Shown: positions 40,389 to 52,635 of the stretch, in pieces
How the letters are laid out: each line of letters starts with the position of its first letter
Numbering within the stretch: position 1 is the first letter of the stretch
From: Candidatus Latescibacterota bacterium
GTDB lineage: Bacteria; Krumholzibacteriota; Krumholzibacteriia; WVZY01; JAKEHA01
NCBI GenBank assembly: GCA_963707635.1
Contig: OY970173.1
Span: 1,312,001 to 1,376,000 of the forward strand
Direction: 5' to 3'
DNA length: 64,000 bases
The notes under the pieces: generated by a model
The model's input: only the letters and a program-made list of their open reading frames with translations
Database searches by the model: none
Told to the model about the DNA's origin: nothing
Made by a program: the position numbers and the translations under genes

Positions 40389-41164
40389 ATTTGCGGATTA
40401 ACATCGCCCGCGGCCGGGAGCGCGGCGGTCGTCTCGCTCCACGCCCGGCCGCGCTGTGCAGTCTGGTGGTCCTGCTCGCGGCATGCAGCGCGGCGCCACC
40501 ACCCTCACCGCCGCCGGAACTCGAGCCGCGGTTCGCGGCGCAACAGCGCGTCGTCGAGTCGTTCTTCGGCGCGACGATGCCGAAGCCGTACGCGGTTCAC
40601 GTCGTGCCGACACGCGCGGCGATGATCGCCTTCGCCGCGAAGCGCTGGAAGCTCCCCGAACTGCCGTGTTGGGCGGTCGCGATGGGGACCGGCACCACGC
40701 TGCTCCTGCTCGACCCGCCCGCGTGGAAGACCGAGGCGTGCGATCACGCGAACGACGGCCCCGCCGAGGTCGACAGGGTCATCGCCCACGAGCTCGTGCA
40801 TGTCTATCACGGCCAGCATCGCCCCGACGACATCGAGTTCGATAAGGCAGAGGCCATCGACTGGTTCGTCGAGGGGCTCGCGATCTACGCCGCGGGCCAG
40901 CTCGACGACGAGCGCCTCGCCCAGGTTGCCGAGCTCGTCGGAAGCGGCAACGAACCGAAGCGCCTCGCCGACGCGTGGTCGGGCAACGCGCGCTACGCCG
41001 TCTCCGGAACGCTCGTGCGGCTGATCGATCGGCGAATCGGCCGCCCGCGCCTCTGCACGCTGTTGCCGCTCTCGAAGCCCGCCGATCTGCTCGCAGCGAT
41101 AGGCATGACCGAGTCCGAGCTCCTCGAGGCCTGGCGCCAATCCGTCAGCGATCCCGCGCACTAA
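40385..41164 (+). CDS. Lipoprotein with HEXXH...E metallopeptidase (MA-like) motif
   Basis: Lipobox LAAC, IAHELVHVYH, WFVEGLAIY. Confidence 0.75.
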   Translation: MNLRINIARGRERGGRLAPRPAALCSLVVLLAACSAAPPPSPPPELEPRFAAQQRVVESFFGATMPKPYAVHVVPTRAAMIAFAAKRWKLPELPCWAVAMGTGTTLLLLDPPAWKTEACDHANDGPAEVDRVIAHELVHVYHGQHRPDDIEFDKAEAIDWFVEGLAIYAAGQLDDERLAQVAELVGSGNEPKRLADAWSGNARYAVSGTLVRLIDRRIGRPRLCTLLPLSKPADLLAAIGMTESELLEAWRQSVSDPAH

Positions 41165-41754
41165 GCACGATCCGTGCTTCCAGGCGATCCTTTCAGCCAC
41201 GACTCGGCCTGCGCCCGGCACGATGCGAGCGGGACGGGTGCGTGCGGTGTTCCCGGCTCCGAACCTAGCTGGAGCTGCCACCACCCGACGTCGCGCCATT
41301 CCCCGTTCTTGAAACCGATGCGCTTCAAGTGCGCGATCCGTTCGAACCCGAGCGACTCGTGCAGCGCGATGCTCGCCGGGTTGGGGAGCGCAATGACGCC
41401 CACCGCATTCACGAAGCCCTGGCCGCGGAGCACGCGAAAGAGCGCCTGGTAGAGCGCGCGGCCGACGCCCGTGCGGCGCGCGCCCGCCACGACGTACACG
41501 GCGACTTCGACGCTCCACTGGTAGGCGGCGCGGTCCTTCACCGGGGAGGCGTACGCGTAGCCCGCGACACACCCCTCGTCGATCGCGACCACCCACGGGC
41601 GCTGCGCGAGGGTCGACTCGATGCGGCGCGCGAACTCGTCGCGCGAGGGCACTTCGGTCTCGAAGGTGACGTGTGAGGTCTCGACGAAGGGTCGGTAGAT
41701 GTCGAGGCAGCCGGCGGCGTCGGCGGGTGTGGCGAGTCGAATGCGATGGGGCAT
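41161..41754 (-). CDS. GNAT N-acetyltransferase (phosphinothricin acetyltransferase/ArsN-like)
   Basis: TFETEVP, GYAYAS, RAAYQWSVE, GVGRALY, PNPASIALHESLGF, GFKNGEWRDV. Confidence 0.9.
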   Translation of the reverse strand: MPHRIRLATPADAAGCLDIYRPFVETSHVTFETEVPSRDEFARRIESTLAQRPWVVAIDEGCVAGYAYASPVKDRAAYQWSVEVAVYVVAGARRTGVGRALYQALFRVLRGQGFVNAVGVIALPNPASIALHESLGFERIAHLKRIGFKNGEWRDVGWWQLQLGSEPGTPHAPVPLASCRAQAESWLKGSPGSTDRA

Positions 41755-41806
41755 GCGCGATCATACGTCCGCGCCGGGCGCGAAATCAACCATCCAGGCA
41801 TGCGGG

Positions 41807-41837
41807 TTGTAATCTAACCCGCGTGTCGTTTACACTT
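41807..41837 (+). promoter_or_regulatory. Putative promoter TTGTAA-N18-TACACT
   Basis: Direct reading. Shares TACACTTAT with the 38094 site. Confidence 0.5.
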
Positions 41838-41921
41838 ATCAACTTCAAACCGCAGACTGCCGAGCTGTCCCCGCCTTCGGGCCGAATCGGCCGCATTGCA
41901 CGTCCCTCGAGGAGCCCCCTC

Positions 41922-44900
41922 ATGAAACAACGGACCCGGCTGGCCGCCCTGGCGTGTGCTTGCATGCTTGCGCTTTCCACCGGCGTGGCTCGCGCCATCA
42001 CCCATCAATTCACTGAGAGCTTTACGACCACGACATACAAGGACGCGGTCAACACCACTGCGGACTGGAATACGGCCGTGGGGCAGCTGAAGCTGTTTCC
42101 GTTCGTGCCGTCTCTCACCGGCACCTACGACACGCCGGGGGGCAGTTTTGGTGTCGCCGTGGCCGGTGATCTCGCCTTCGTAGCGGACGACTTGTCCGGC
42201 CTCCTGATCTTCGACATCATCAACCCGGCGAGCCCGACGCTCGTCGGCACCTACAACACCCCGGGGGATGCCGTCGACGTCGCCGTGGCGGGCGACCTCG
42301 CCTTCGTGGCGGACTACGCAACCGGTCTCGTGATCATCAACATCACCAACCCGGCGAGTCCGACGCTCGTCGGTACCTACAACACTCCGGGAAGTGCCTA
42401 CGGTGTGGCCGTGGCGGGCGACCTCGCCTTCGTGGCGGATCAGGCATCCGGTCTGCAGATCATCAGCATCACCAACCCCGCGCTCCCGACGCTCACCGGC
42501 ACCTATGACACAGCGGGGACTGCCTACAGCGTGGCGGTGGCAGGCGACCTCGCCTTCGTGGCGGACTACACATCCGGTCTCCAGATCATCAACATCGCCA
42601 ATCCAGCGAGTCCGACACTCATCGGCACCTACAACACTCCGGGGCTTGCCTTCGGCGTGGCGGTGGCGGGCGACCTCGCCTTCGTTGCGGACAACACGTT
42701 CGGTCTCCAAATTATCAATATCGCCAATCCGGCGAGCCCGACGCTCACCGGCACGTACAACACCCCCGGGAATGCCTGGGACCTGGAGGTAACAGGCGAC
42801 CTCGCTTTCGTGGCGGACGGCTCATCCGGTCTCGAGATCATCAACATCACCAACCCGGCGAGCCCGACGCTCACCGACTCGTATGACACCCCGGGGACTG
42901 CCTACGGCGTCGTGGTGGCGGGCGACCTCGCCTTCGTGGGAGATGGCAATTCCGGTCTCCAGATCATCAGGGTTGGCCATCCTGTGTCGATTCCGACGCT
43001 GGCCGGCACCTACGACACGCCGGGGGTTGCGAATGACGTCGCGGTGGCGGGCGACCTCGCGTTTGTGGCGGACGGGTCCGCTCTCCAGATCGTCAACATC
43101 ACGACTCCGGCGAGCCCGACGCCCGTTGCCATCTTCGGCACTCCGGGGAGCGCCCAGGGCGTCGCGGTGGCGGGCGATTTGGCCTTTGTGGCGAGCTATG
43201 ATTTCGGCCTCCGGCTCATCAACATCGCCACTCCGGCGAGCCCGACGCTTGCGGGCTCTTATAACACCCCGGGGTTTGCCTACGGTGTTGCGGTGGCAGG
43301 CGACCTCGCCTTCGTGGCGGACGAGGCCTCTGGTCTCCAGATCATCAACATCACCAACCCCGCGCTCCCGACGCTCACCGGCACCTACAACACGCCGGGG
43401 GATGCCCTCGACGTCGTGGTGGCGGGCGATCTCGCCTTCGTGGCGGACGACGCTTCGGGTCTCCAGATCATCAATATCGTCAATCCGGCGAGTCCGACGG
43501 TTACCGGCACATACGACACGCCGGGGAGTGCCACGAGCGTTGCGGTGGCGGGCGACCTCGCCTTCGTGGCGGATTACACATCCGGTCTCCAGATCATCAG
43601 TATTGCCAATCCGGCGAGTCCGACACTGGTCGGCACCTACAACACCCCGGGGAGTGCCTACGGCGTCGCGTTGGCGGGCGACCTGGTCCTCGTGGCGGAC
43701 TTGGCGTCTGGTCTCCAGGTCATCAATATTTCGAACCCCGCGCTCCCGACGCTCACCGGCACCTACAACACGCCGGGGAATGCCTTCGACGTCGTGGTGG
43801 CGGGCGACCTCGCCTTCGTCGCGGACTACCTTTCCGGTCTCCAGGCGATCCAGGTGTTTCAGCACGAGGTGAATGCGAGCCCGAACATCGGCCGATCCCT
43901 CTCGGTTGGGGGCAACGATACGATCCGCCGCGCGCGGCTCTCGACCACGCAGACCGCGGGTGTGAGCTGGGAGGTCAGCGCCAACGCGGGAACGAACTGG
44001 CAGACGATCATCCCCGACAACGCCTGGAACGCGATGACGATTGCGGGCAGCAATCTCCTGTGGCGTTCGACGCACGCGTGGGCCGGTGGCAATCCTGCCG
44101 TGTCGGATCTGCACCTCGAATGGCTGTACGACTACGCAGCGATCGATGCCATCACCGACATCCCCAACGATCAGGGTCGCCAGGTGCGCGTCGAGTGGAC
44201 GCGAAGCGGTCACGATTTCGTCGGGGACGCCACGCAGATCGTCGAGTACGCGGTGTATCGAAAAATCGACCCCGACCTGGGTGCCGTGACGCCGGTGGCA
44301 GCGTCGACGTTCGAGCATCTCAGTCCCGCGGCGAGAGACAACGCGCTCATGATGCTGGCGGCCGGTTGGGACTTCGTTACCACGGTGCCGGTGTTAACAG
44401 AGGACAGCTATGCGGTGGTGGTTCCCACTCTCAAAGACAGCACGATTGTGGCGGGCCCGTACCCGACGACGTTTCGTATTACGGCTCTGACCGCGGCGCC
44501 GGGTGTGTTCTTTCACTCACCGACCGACAGCGGCTACTCGCTGGACAATCTCGCTCCCTCGGTGCCGGCGAACTTCGCGATCGCGTTCAACCCCGGCGGG
44601 GGCAGCGCGCTGGCGTGGGACGAGTCTCCCAACGCGGACTTCCGGTACTTCCGCGTGTATCGTTCCAGCAATCCCAACTTCACGCCGTCGGCAGGAACGC
44701 TGGTGCATTCGACTACCACGAACGGCTGGGTGGACCCGGACAATAACCCCGGGGTGGCCTATTACAAGGTGACGGCCACGGACTTCTCGGGTAACGAAAG
44801 CGGTCCGGCGAACGCTGGCACGATCACTGCAATTGACGGACCGGGCGTGCCGCGGACGTTTGCGCTCTATCCCAATGTTCCCAACCCGTTCAACCCGACC

Positions 44901-45134
44901 ACGCAAATTCGTTACGACGTCCCGGAGAGCGGCGGTGACGTGTCGCTTCGGATCTACGACGTGAGCGGACGCGTGGTGAAAACGCTGGTTTCCGGCGCAC
45001 AGACAGCCGGTTCAAGGTCGCTCGTGTGGGACGGCCGCGACGACGCAGGAGTGCCGGCGGCTTCGGGCGTGTACTTCTACCGGCTCACGGCGCCGGGCTA
45101 CACGAAGACGCACAAGATGGTGTTGATGAAGTAA
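41922..45134 (+). CDS. Secreted LVIVD-repeat protein with FN3-like and C-terminal FlgD-Ig sorting domain
   Basis: GAGGAG RBS, signal peptide, 14 ~42-aa repeats GTYNTPG.A..VAVAGDLAFVAD...GLQIINI.NPASPTL, C-terminal PNVPNPFNPTT...SGVYFYRL...KMVLMK. Confidence 0.9.
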   Translation: MKQRTRLAALACACMLALSTGVARAITHQFTESFTTTTYKDAVNTTADWNTAVGQLKLFPFVPSLTGTYDTPGGSFGVAVAGDLAFVADDLSGLLIFDIINPASPTLVGTYNTPGDAVDVAVAGDLAFVADYATGLVIINITNPASPTLVGTYNTPGSAYGVAVAGDLAFVADQASGLQIISITNPALPTLTGTYDTAGTAYSVAVAGDLAFVADYTSGLQIINIANPASPTLIGTYNTPGLAFGVAVAGDLAFVADNTFGLQIINIANPASPTLTGTYNTPGNAWDLEVTGDLAFVADGSSGLEIINITNPASPTLTDSYDTPGTAYGVVVAGDLAFVGDGNSGLQIIRVGHPVSIPTLAGTYDTPGVANDVAVAGDLAFVADGSALQIVNITTPASPTPVAIFGTPGSAQGVAVAGDLAFVASYDFGLRLINIATPASPTLAGSYNTPGFAYGVAVAGDLAFVADEASGLQIINITNPALPTLTGTYNTPGDALDVVVAGDLAFVADDASGLQIINIVNPASPTVTGTYDTPGSATSVAVAGDLAFVADYTSGLQIISIANPASPTLVGTYNTPGSAYGVALAGDLVLVADLASGLQVINISNPALPTLTGTYNTPGNAFDVVVAGDLAFVADYLSGLQAIQVFQHEVNASPNIGRSLSVGGNDTIRRARLSTTQTAGVSWEVSANAGTNWQTIIPDNAWNAMTIAGSNLLWRSTHAWAGGNPAVSDLHLEWLYDYAAIDAITDIPNDQGRQVRVEWTRSGHDFVGDATQIVEYAVYRKIDPDLGAVTPVAASTFEHLSPAARDNALMMLAAGWDFVTTVPVLTEDSYAVVVPTLKDSTIVAGPYPTTFRITALTAAPGVFFHSPTDSGYSLDNLAPSVPANFAIAFNPGGGSALAWDESPNADFRYFRVYRSSNPNFTPSAGTLVHSTTTNGWVDPDNNPGVAYYKVTATDFSGNESGPANAGTITAIDGPGVPRTFALYPNVPNPFNPTTQIRYDVPESGGDVSLRIYDVSGRVVKTLVSGAQTAGSRSLVWDGRDDAGVPAASGVYFYRLTAPGYTKTHKMVLMK
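42120..43860 (+). repeat. 14 coding tandem repeats of ~126 bp (LVIVD)
   Basis: Recurrent DNA core gtggcgggcgacctcgccttcgtggcgga at ~126-bp spacing. Confidence 0.92.
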
Positions 45135-45215
45135 GGCGATTTCTTTTCCCGAATTCCGGCGGTTGCCCCTCGTCCGGCTTTTTGCTACCTTGGTGTTTTG
45201 CCGTTCGCGCAGCCA

Positions 45216-48071
<2,856 letters not shown>

Positions 48072-49149
48072 CGCCCACGTCGCGGCCGGCGCCAAGCTGG
48101 TGCCGTTCGCCGGCTTCGAGATGCCGGTGAGCTACGCCGGCGTGATCGAGGAGCACACCACCGTGCGCGAGCGCGTGGGGCTCTTCGACGTGAGCCACAT
48201 GGGCGAGTTCGTGGTGAGCGGCCCGGACACGTGGAGCTACCTCGACCGTGTCGTCACCAACGACTGTTCGAAGCTCGCCGAGGACGGGGTGCTCTACACG
48301 GTGATGTGCCGCGAGAACGGCACCGTCGTGGACGACCTGCTGGTAACCCGGATGGCCGCGGACCGCGCGCTGATCGTGGTCAACGCGTCCAACATCGAGA
48401 AAGACTTCGCGCACATGAAGCGGCTGGTCGCCGGCCGCGTCGAACTGGAGAACGCCAGCGACGAGTGGGCGCTGATCGCCGTCCAGGGGCCGCGCGCGCA
48501 CGAGCTGGTGAAGACGACGCCGATGCTCGCTGCGGTGCGCGACGAAGTCGACGCGGTCGGGTATTACCGCTGGCGCGCGTTCATGTCCGACGGCGATCGC
48601 TTCATCCTCTCGCGCACCGGATACACCGGCGAGCGCGGTTTCGAGATCTTCGCGCCGCCCGCGCGCGCGCGCGAGTTGTGGGATCAGCTGATGGTGACCG
48701 GCGCCACCATGGGCGTCGCCCCGGCCGGGCTGGGGGCCCGTGACACGCTTCGCTTCGAAGCGTCGTTGTGTCTCTACGGGCACGAGCTGGACGACGAGAC
48801 GACGCCGCTCGAGGCGGGCCTGCACTGGCTGGTCAAGCTCGGCAAGCCGGCGTTCGTGGGTCGCGACGCGCTCCTCGGCGAGAAAGGGCGCGGCTCCCGC
48901 AAGCAGCTGCTCGGTTTCGAGCTGGAAGGTCGCACCATCGCGCGCCAGGGCTACGCCGTCATGCGCGGCGAGTCGATGGTGGGCAAGGTAACGAGCGGGA
49001 CGTGGTCGCCGACCTTGAAGAAGAGCCTGTGCATGGCGTACGTCGACGCGGACAGCGTCGACGCGGAGCTCGCCGTCCAGGTGCGCACGAACGCCGTCGC
49101 CGCGAAACGAGTGCCGATTCCGTTTTATCCGAGCAGAGCTCGAGCATGA

Positions 49150-49252
49150 GACGGGCGGGATCGATGTCGCTTCGACGCGATTTCCCGAGGCGCGCTTTCA
49201 ACTGTCGCGCGCGAAGGGCATGAGCGGAGAAGCGAGCATCGATACCGCCCTC
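49150..49252. repeat. Structured intergenic element, copy 1
   Basis: 59-nt core (49172-49230) shared with 52527-52585, enclosed by an imperfect ~19-bp inverted repeat. Confidence 0.85.
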
Positions 49253-49280
49253 GACTAGCGGAAACGATAAGGAAGCATAC

Positions 49281-49664
49281 ATGGATTTCAAGAACGTACG
49301 GTTCACCAAGGATCACGAATGGGTTCGCTTCGCCGACGGCGGCGACGAGGTCACCATCGGCATCACCGACTTCGCCGCCAGCGAGCTCGGCGACATCGTG
49401 TACGTGGAGCTGCCGAAAGTCGGCGGGGAAGTCCGCGCGGCCGCGTCGATGGGCACCATCGAGGCAGTGAAAACCGTCGCTGATCTGTTCGCGCCGGTAA
49501 GCGGCGTCGTCTCCGCCGTCAACGGTGCTCTCGAGCAGGGTCCCGACCTCGTCAACAAGGACCCCTACGGCGACGGCTGGTTCGTGCGCCTGAAAATGTC
49601 CAGCCGCAAGGAACTCGACGGGCTGATGGACCACGCGGCGTACCAGAAGATGATCGGAAAGTAG
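49281..49664 (+). CDS. gcvH: Glycine cleavage system H protein
   Basis: FTKDHEW, IGITDFA, lipoyl-lysine IEAVKTV, VNKDPYGDGW. Confidence 0.97.
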   Translation: MDFKNVRFTKDHEWVRFADGGDEVTIGITDFAASELGDIVYVELPKVGGEVRAAASMGTIEAVKTVADLFAPVSGVVSAVNGALEQGPDLVNKDPYGDGWFVRLKMSSRKELDGLMDHAAYQKMIGK

Positions 49665-51026
49665 ATGCCGTACACCTACCACACCGACGACGAACGGGAC
49701 GCGATGCTGCGGACCCTCGGGGTCAAGTCCGAGGACGAGCTGATCGACGTCATTCCCGAGAAGTACCACCTGCGCTCGCTCCTGCCCATCGAGAAGGGGC
49801 GCACCGAGCCCGAGACGCTGCGCGTGATGAGCCTGCTCTCGCGCGCCAACCGGCCGGCCGGCCACCTCGTGAGTTTTCTGGGCGGCGGCATCTACGACCA
49901 CACCGTGCCCTCGGTCGTGAAGAACCTGACCAGCCGGCCCGAATTCGCCACCGCGTACACGCCCTACCAGCCCGAGGCGAGCCAGGGGACGCTGCAGGTG
50001 ATCTTCGAGTTTCAGACCCACATCTCGCGGCTCACGCGGCTGCCGGTGGCGAACGCATCCATGTACGACGGCGCCACCGCGCTCGCGGAAGCGTGCCTGA
50101 TGGCGGCCAAGATCACGGGGCGCGACGTGGTGCTGGTACCGCGCGCGCTCAACCCGCGCTACCTGCGGGTGGTGAAGTCGTACGTGTCGGGCCAGCGGGT
50201 CGAGATTCGCACGATCCCGTCCACCGCGGCGGGCGACATCGACGCCACCACGCTCAAGCGCGAGCTGGGCGAGAAGGTGGCCGCGCTGGTGGTCCAGACT
50301 CCGAACTACTTCGGCGTGCTGGAGCGCGGGTGGGAGTTGGAGCGGGACGTCCACGCGGCGGGCGCGCTGGTGGTCGCCAGCGTCGACCCGGTGTCGCTCT
50401 CGCTCCTGCGGCCGCCCGGCGAATGGGGCGCGGACATCGCGGTGGGCGAGTGCCAGCCGCTGGGCAACGAAATGAGCTTCGGCGGCCCGCTGGTCGGCTT
50501 CATGGCGTGCAGGCAGGAGTTCATCCGCCAGATGCCGGGGCGGATCGTAAGCGCCACGCGCGACGTCGACGGGCGCGACGCCTTCGTGCTCGTGCTGCAG
50601 ACCCGCGAGCAGCACATCCGGCGGGAGAAGGCGACGTCCAACATCTGCACCAACCAGGGACTGCTCGCGACGCGCACGTGCATCTATTTGAGCCTCCTTG
50701 GCGAGCACGGGTTCGCCGAGCTGGGCCGCGTGTGCCACGCGCGCGCGCGCAAACTCGCCGACATGATGGCCGCCTGTGACGGTTACGCGCTCGCGTATCC
50801 CGGGCCGTTCTTCCGCGAATTTGTGGTGGCGTGTCCGACCGACGCCGAAACGGTCGTCGCGGCGGCGCGCAAGGAAAACGTCCTCGCCGGCATTCCGCTT
50901 TCGCGTTACTTCGGCCCGCCGGCGCGCCAGCACCTGCTCGTCGCCGTTACCGAGAAGCATCAGGACGAGGACTTCGACAAGCTGTGCGCGGTCTTGAAGC
51001 GGGCCGCGTTGGTGAAGGTGGGCTGA
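49665..51026 (+). CDS. gcvPA: Glycine dehydrogenase subunit 1
   Basis: FLGGGIY, TAYTPYQPEASQG, NASMYDGATA, TREQHIRREKATSNICTNQ. Confidence 0.96.
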   Translation: MPYTYHTDDERDAMLRTLGVKSEDELIDVIPEKYHLRSLLPIEKGRTEPETLRVMSLLSRANRPAGHLVSFLGGGIYDHTVPSVVKNLTSRPEFATAYTPYQPEASQGTLQVIFEFQTHISRLTRLPVANASMYDGATALAEACLMAAKITGRDVVLVPRALNPRYLRVVKSYVSGQRVEIRTIPSTAAGDIDATTLKRELGEKVAALVVQTPNYFGVLERGWELERDVHAAGALVVASVDPVSLSLLRPPGEWGADIAVGECQPLGNEMSFGGPLVGFMACRQEFIRQMPGRIVSATRDVDGRDAFVLVLQTREQHIRREKATSNICTNQGLLATRTCIYLSLLGEHGFAELGRVCHARARKLADMMAACDGYALAYPGPFFREFVVACPTDAETVVAAARKENVLAGIPLSRYFGPPARQHLLVAVTEKHQDEDFDKLCAVLKRAALVKVG

Positions 51027-51028
51027 CC

Positions 51029-52486
51029 GTGCAAGCGACACCGCCCAGTTTCGGACAGACCATCTACGGCAAGAGCCGGCGTGGCCGCCACGGCTACCAC
51101 ATCTCGTCGCGGCCCACGGACGCGCCGCGCGACATTCCACGCGAGTACCTGCGCGACGGCGCGATCGGACTCCCCGAGGTGAGCGAACCCCAGGTGATGC
51201 GGCACTACGTCGAGCTCTCGACCAAGAACCACCACATCGACAAGGATCTCTTCCCGCTGGGCAGCTGTACGATGAAGTACAACCCGAAGGTGAACGACGA
51301 CGTCGCCGCCATGACCGGGTTCGCGGGCCTGCACCCGGAACAGGGCGACGCGGACGCCCAGGGCGCGCTCGAGGTGATGTACCGCCTCGAACGACTCCTC
51401 GCGGCGGTCTCCGGCATGGACGCGGTGAGCGTCCAGCCCGCCGCCGGCGCGCAGGGGGAGATGCTGGGCCTGCTCCTCGCGCGCGCGTACTTCGCGGACC
51501 GAGGCGCCTCGCGCCACAAAGTGCTGGTCCCGGATTCGGCGCACGGGACCAACCCGGCGACGGCGACCATCGTGGGATTCCAGGCCCAGACCATCCAGTC
51601 GGGCCGGGACGGCCGCATCGACCTCGACGTGCTGCGCCGCGCCCTCGACGACGACGTCGCCGTGCTGATGCTCACGGTGCCGAACACGCTCGGGCTGTTC
51701 GAGAAAAACATCGGCGACATCGTCGAGCTGGTCCACAAGCACGGCGGGCTCTGCTACATGGACGGCGCGAACATGAACGCGCTCATGGGGCAGGCGCGGC
51801 CGGGCGACTTCGGCTTCGACATGATGCACTACAACCTGCACAAGACGTTTTCGACCCCGCACGGCGGGGGCGGCCCCGGCTCCGGGCCGGTGGCGGTCAA
51901 GTCGTTCCTGGAGCCGTTTCTGCCCACGCCGCGCGTGGTGGAGAAGGACGGGGGCTTCAGCCTCGACTACCAGCGGCCCAAGTCGGTGGGCGCGCTGCAC
52001 TCGTTCTTCGGGAATTTCGGCATCTACCTGCGCGCGTACACCTACATCACCCGCCTCGGCTCCGACGGCATCCGCCGCGCCAGCTCGACCGCGATCTTGA
52101 ACGCCAACTACCTGGCCAAGCGGATTGCGTCGCGCTTTCCGATCCCGTACGGCGAACGCTGCATGCACGAGTTTGTCGCCACCGGCGAGCCCCTGAAGAA
52201 GTACGGCGTCAGGACGCTCGACGTCGCGAAGCGGCTGCTCGACTTCGGATTCTACGCGCCGACGGTGTATTTCCCGCTCACGGTGCCGGAGGCTCTCATG
52301 GTGGAGCCTACGGAAACCGAGAGCAAGGAGACGCTCGACCGCTTCGCGGAGGCGCTGCTCCAGATCGCGCGCGAAGCGGAGGAATCGCCGGAGGTGCTCA
52401 CTTCGGCGCCGACGAAAACGCCGGTGCGCCGCCTCGACGAGACGAGCGCGAATCGCCACCCGGTGGTGACGGTGCCGATGGAGTGA
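51029..52486 (+). CDS. gcvPB: Glycine dehydrogenase subunit 2
   Basis: GTG start. PLGSCTMKYNP, SAHGTNPAT, NLHKTFSTPHGGGGPG, EPTETESK. Confidence 0.96.
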   Translation: MQATPPSFGQTIYGKSRRGRHGYHISSRPTDAPRDIPREYLRDGAIGLPEVSEPQVMRHYVELSTKNHHIDKDLFPLGSCTMKYNPKVNDDVAAMTGFAGLHPEQGDADAQGALEVMYRLERLLAAVSGMDAVSVQPAAGAQGEMLGLLLARAYFADRGASRHKVLVPDSAHGTNPATATIVGFQAQTIQSGRDGRIDLDVLRRALDDDVAVLMLTVPNTLGLFEKNIGDIVELVHKHGGLCYMDGANMNALMGQARPGDFGFDMMHYNLHKTFSTPHGGGGPGSGPVAVKSFLEPFLPTPRVVEKDGGFSLDYQRPKSVGALHSFFGNFGIYLRAYTYITRLGSDGIRRASSTAILNANYLAKRIASRFPIPYGERCMHEFVATGEPLKKYGVRTLDVAKRLLDFGFYAPTVYFPLTVPEALMVEPTETESKETLDRFAEALLQIAREAEESPEVLTSAPTKTPVRRLDETSANRHPVVTVPME

Positions 52487-52509
52487 TGCTGCGGCGGGCA
52501 CAGAAGTAG

Positions 52510-52602
52510 GGAGGGGCCAACGGTCGTCGACGCGATTTCACGAGGCGCGCTTTCAACCATCGCGCGCGAAGTGCATGAGCGGAGAGGACCGTTGGCCCCT
52601 CC
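52510..52602. repeat. Structured intergenic element, copy 2
   Basis: Perfect 16-bp inverted repeat GGAGGGGCCAACGGTC/GACCGTTGGCCCCTCC around the shared 59-nt core. Confidence 0.85.
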
Positions 52603-52635
52603 AGAAAAATTGACCGGTCCAGGCGTGCGGTGACC

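Noticed and set aside
42120..43860. CRISPR array or DGR-like repeats
   Set aside because: The ~126-bp units are in-frame coding repeats without unique spacers. No cas or reverse transcriptase gene is present in the window.
10943..45134. Integron cassette array or prophage explaining the co-oriented accessory genes
   Set aside because: I found no convincing RYYYAAC...GTTRRRY attC pairs (the GTTAGGT at ~26101 lacks a matching partner), and no integrase, transposase or phage genes.
49150..52602. Glycine riboswitch identity for the repeated gcv element
   Set aside because: It contains similar words (GCGGAGA, CGAAGGGCA, CTTTCA) but in the reverse order of the aptamer. The copies lie after genes, and gcvT has no leader because it overlaps uvrA. 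An Rfam scan is still advisable.
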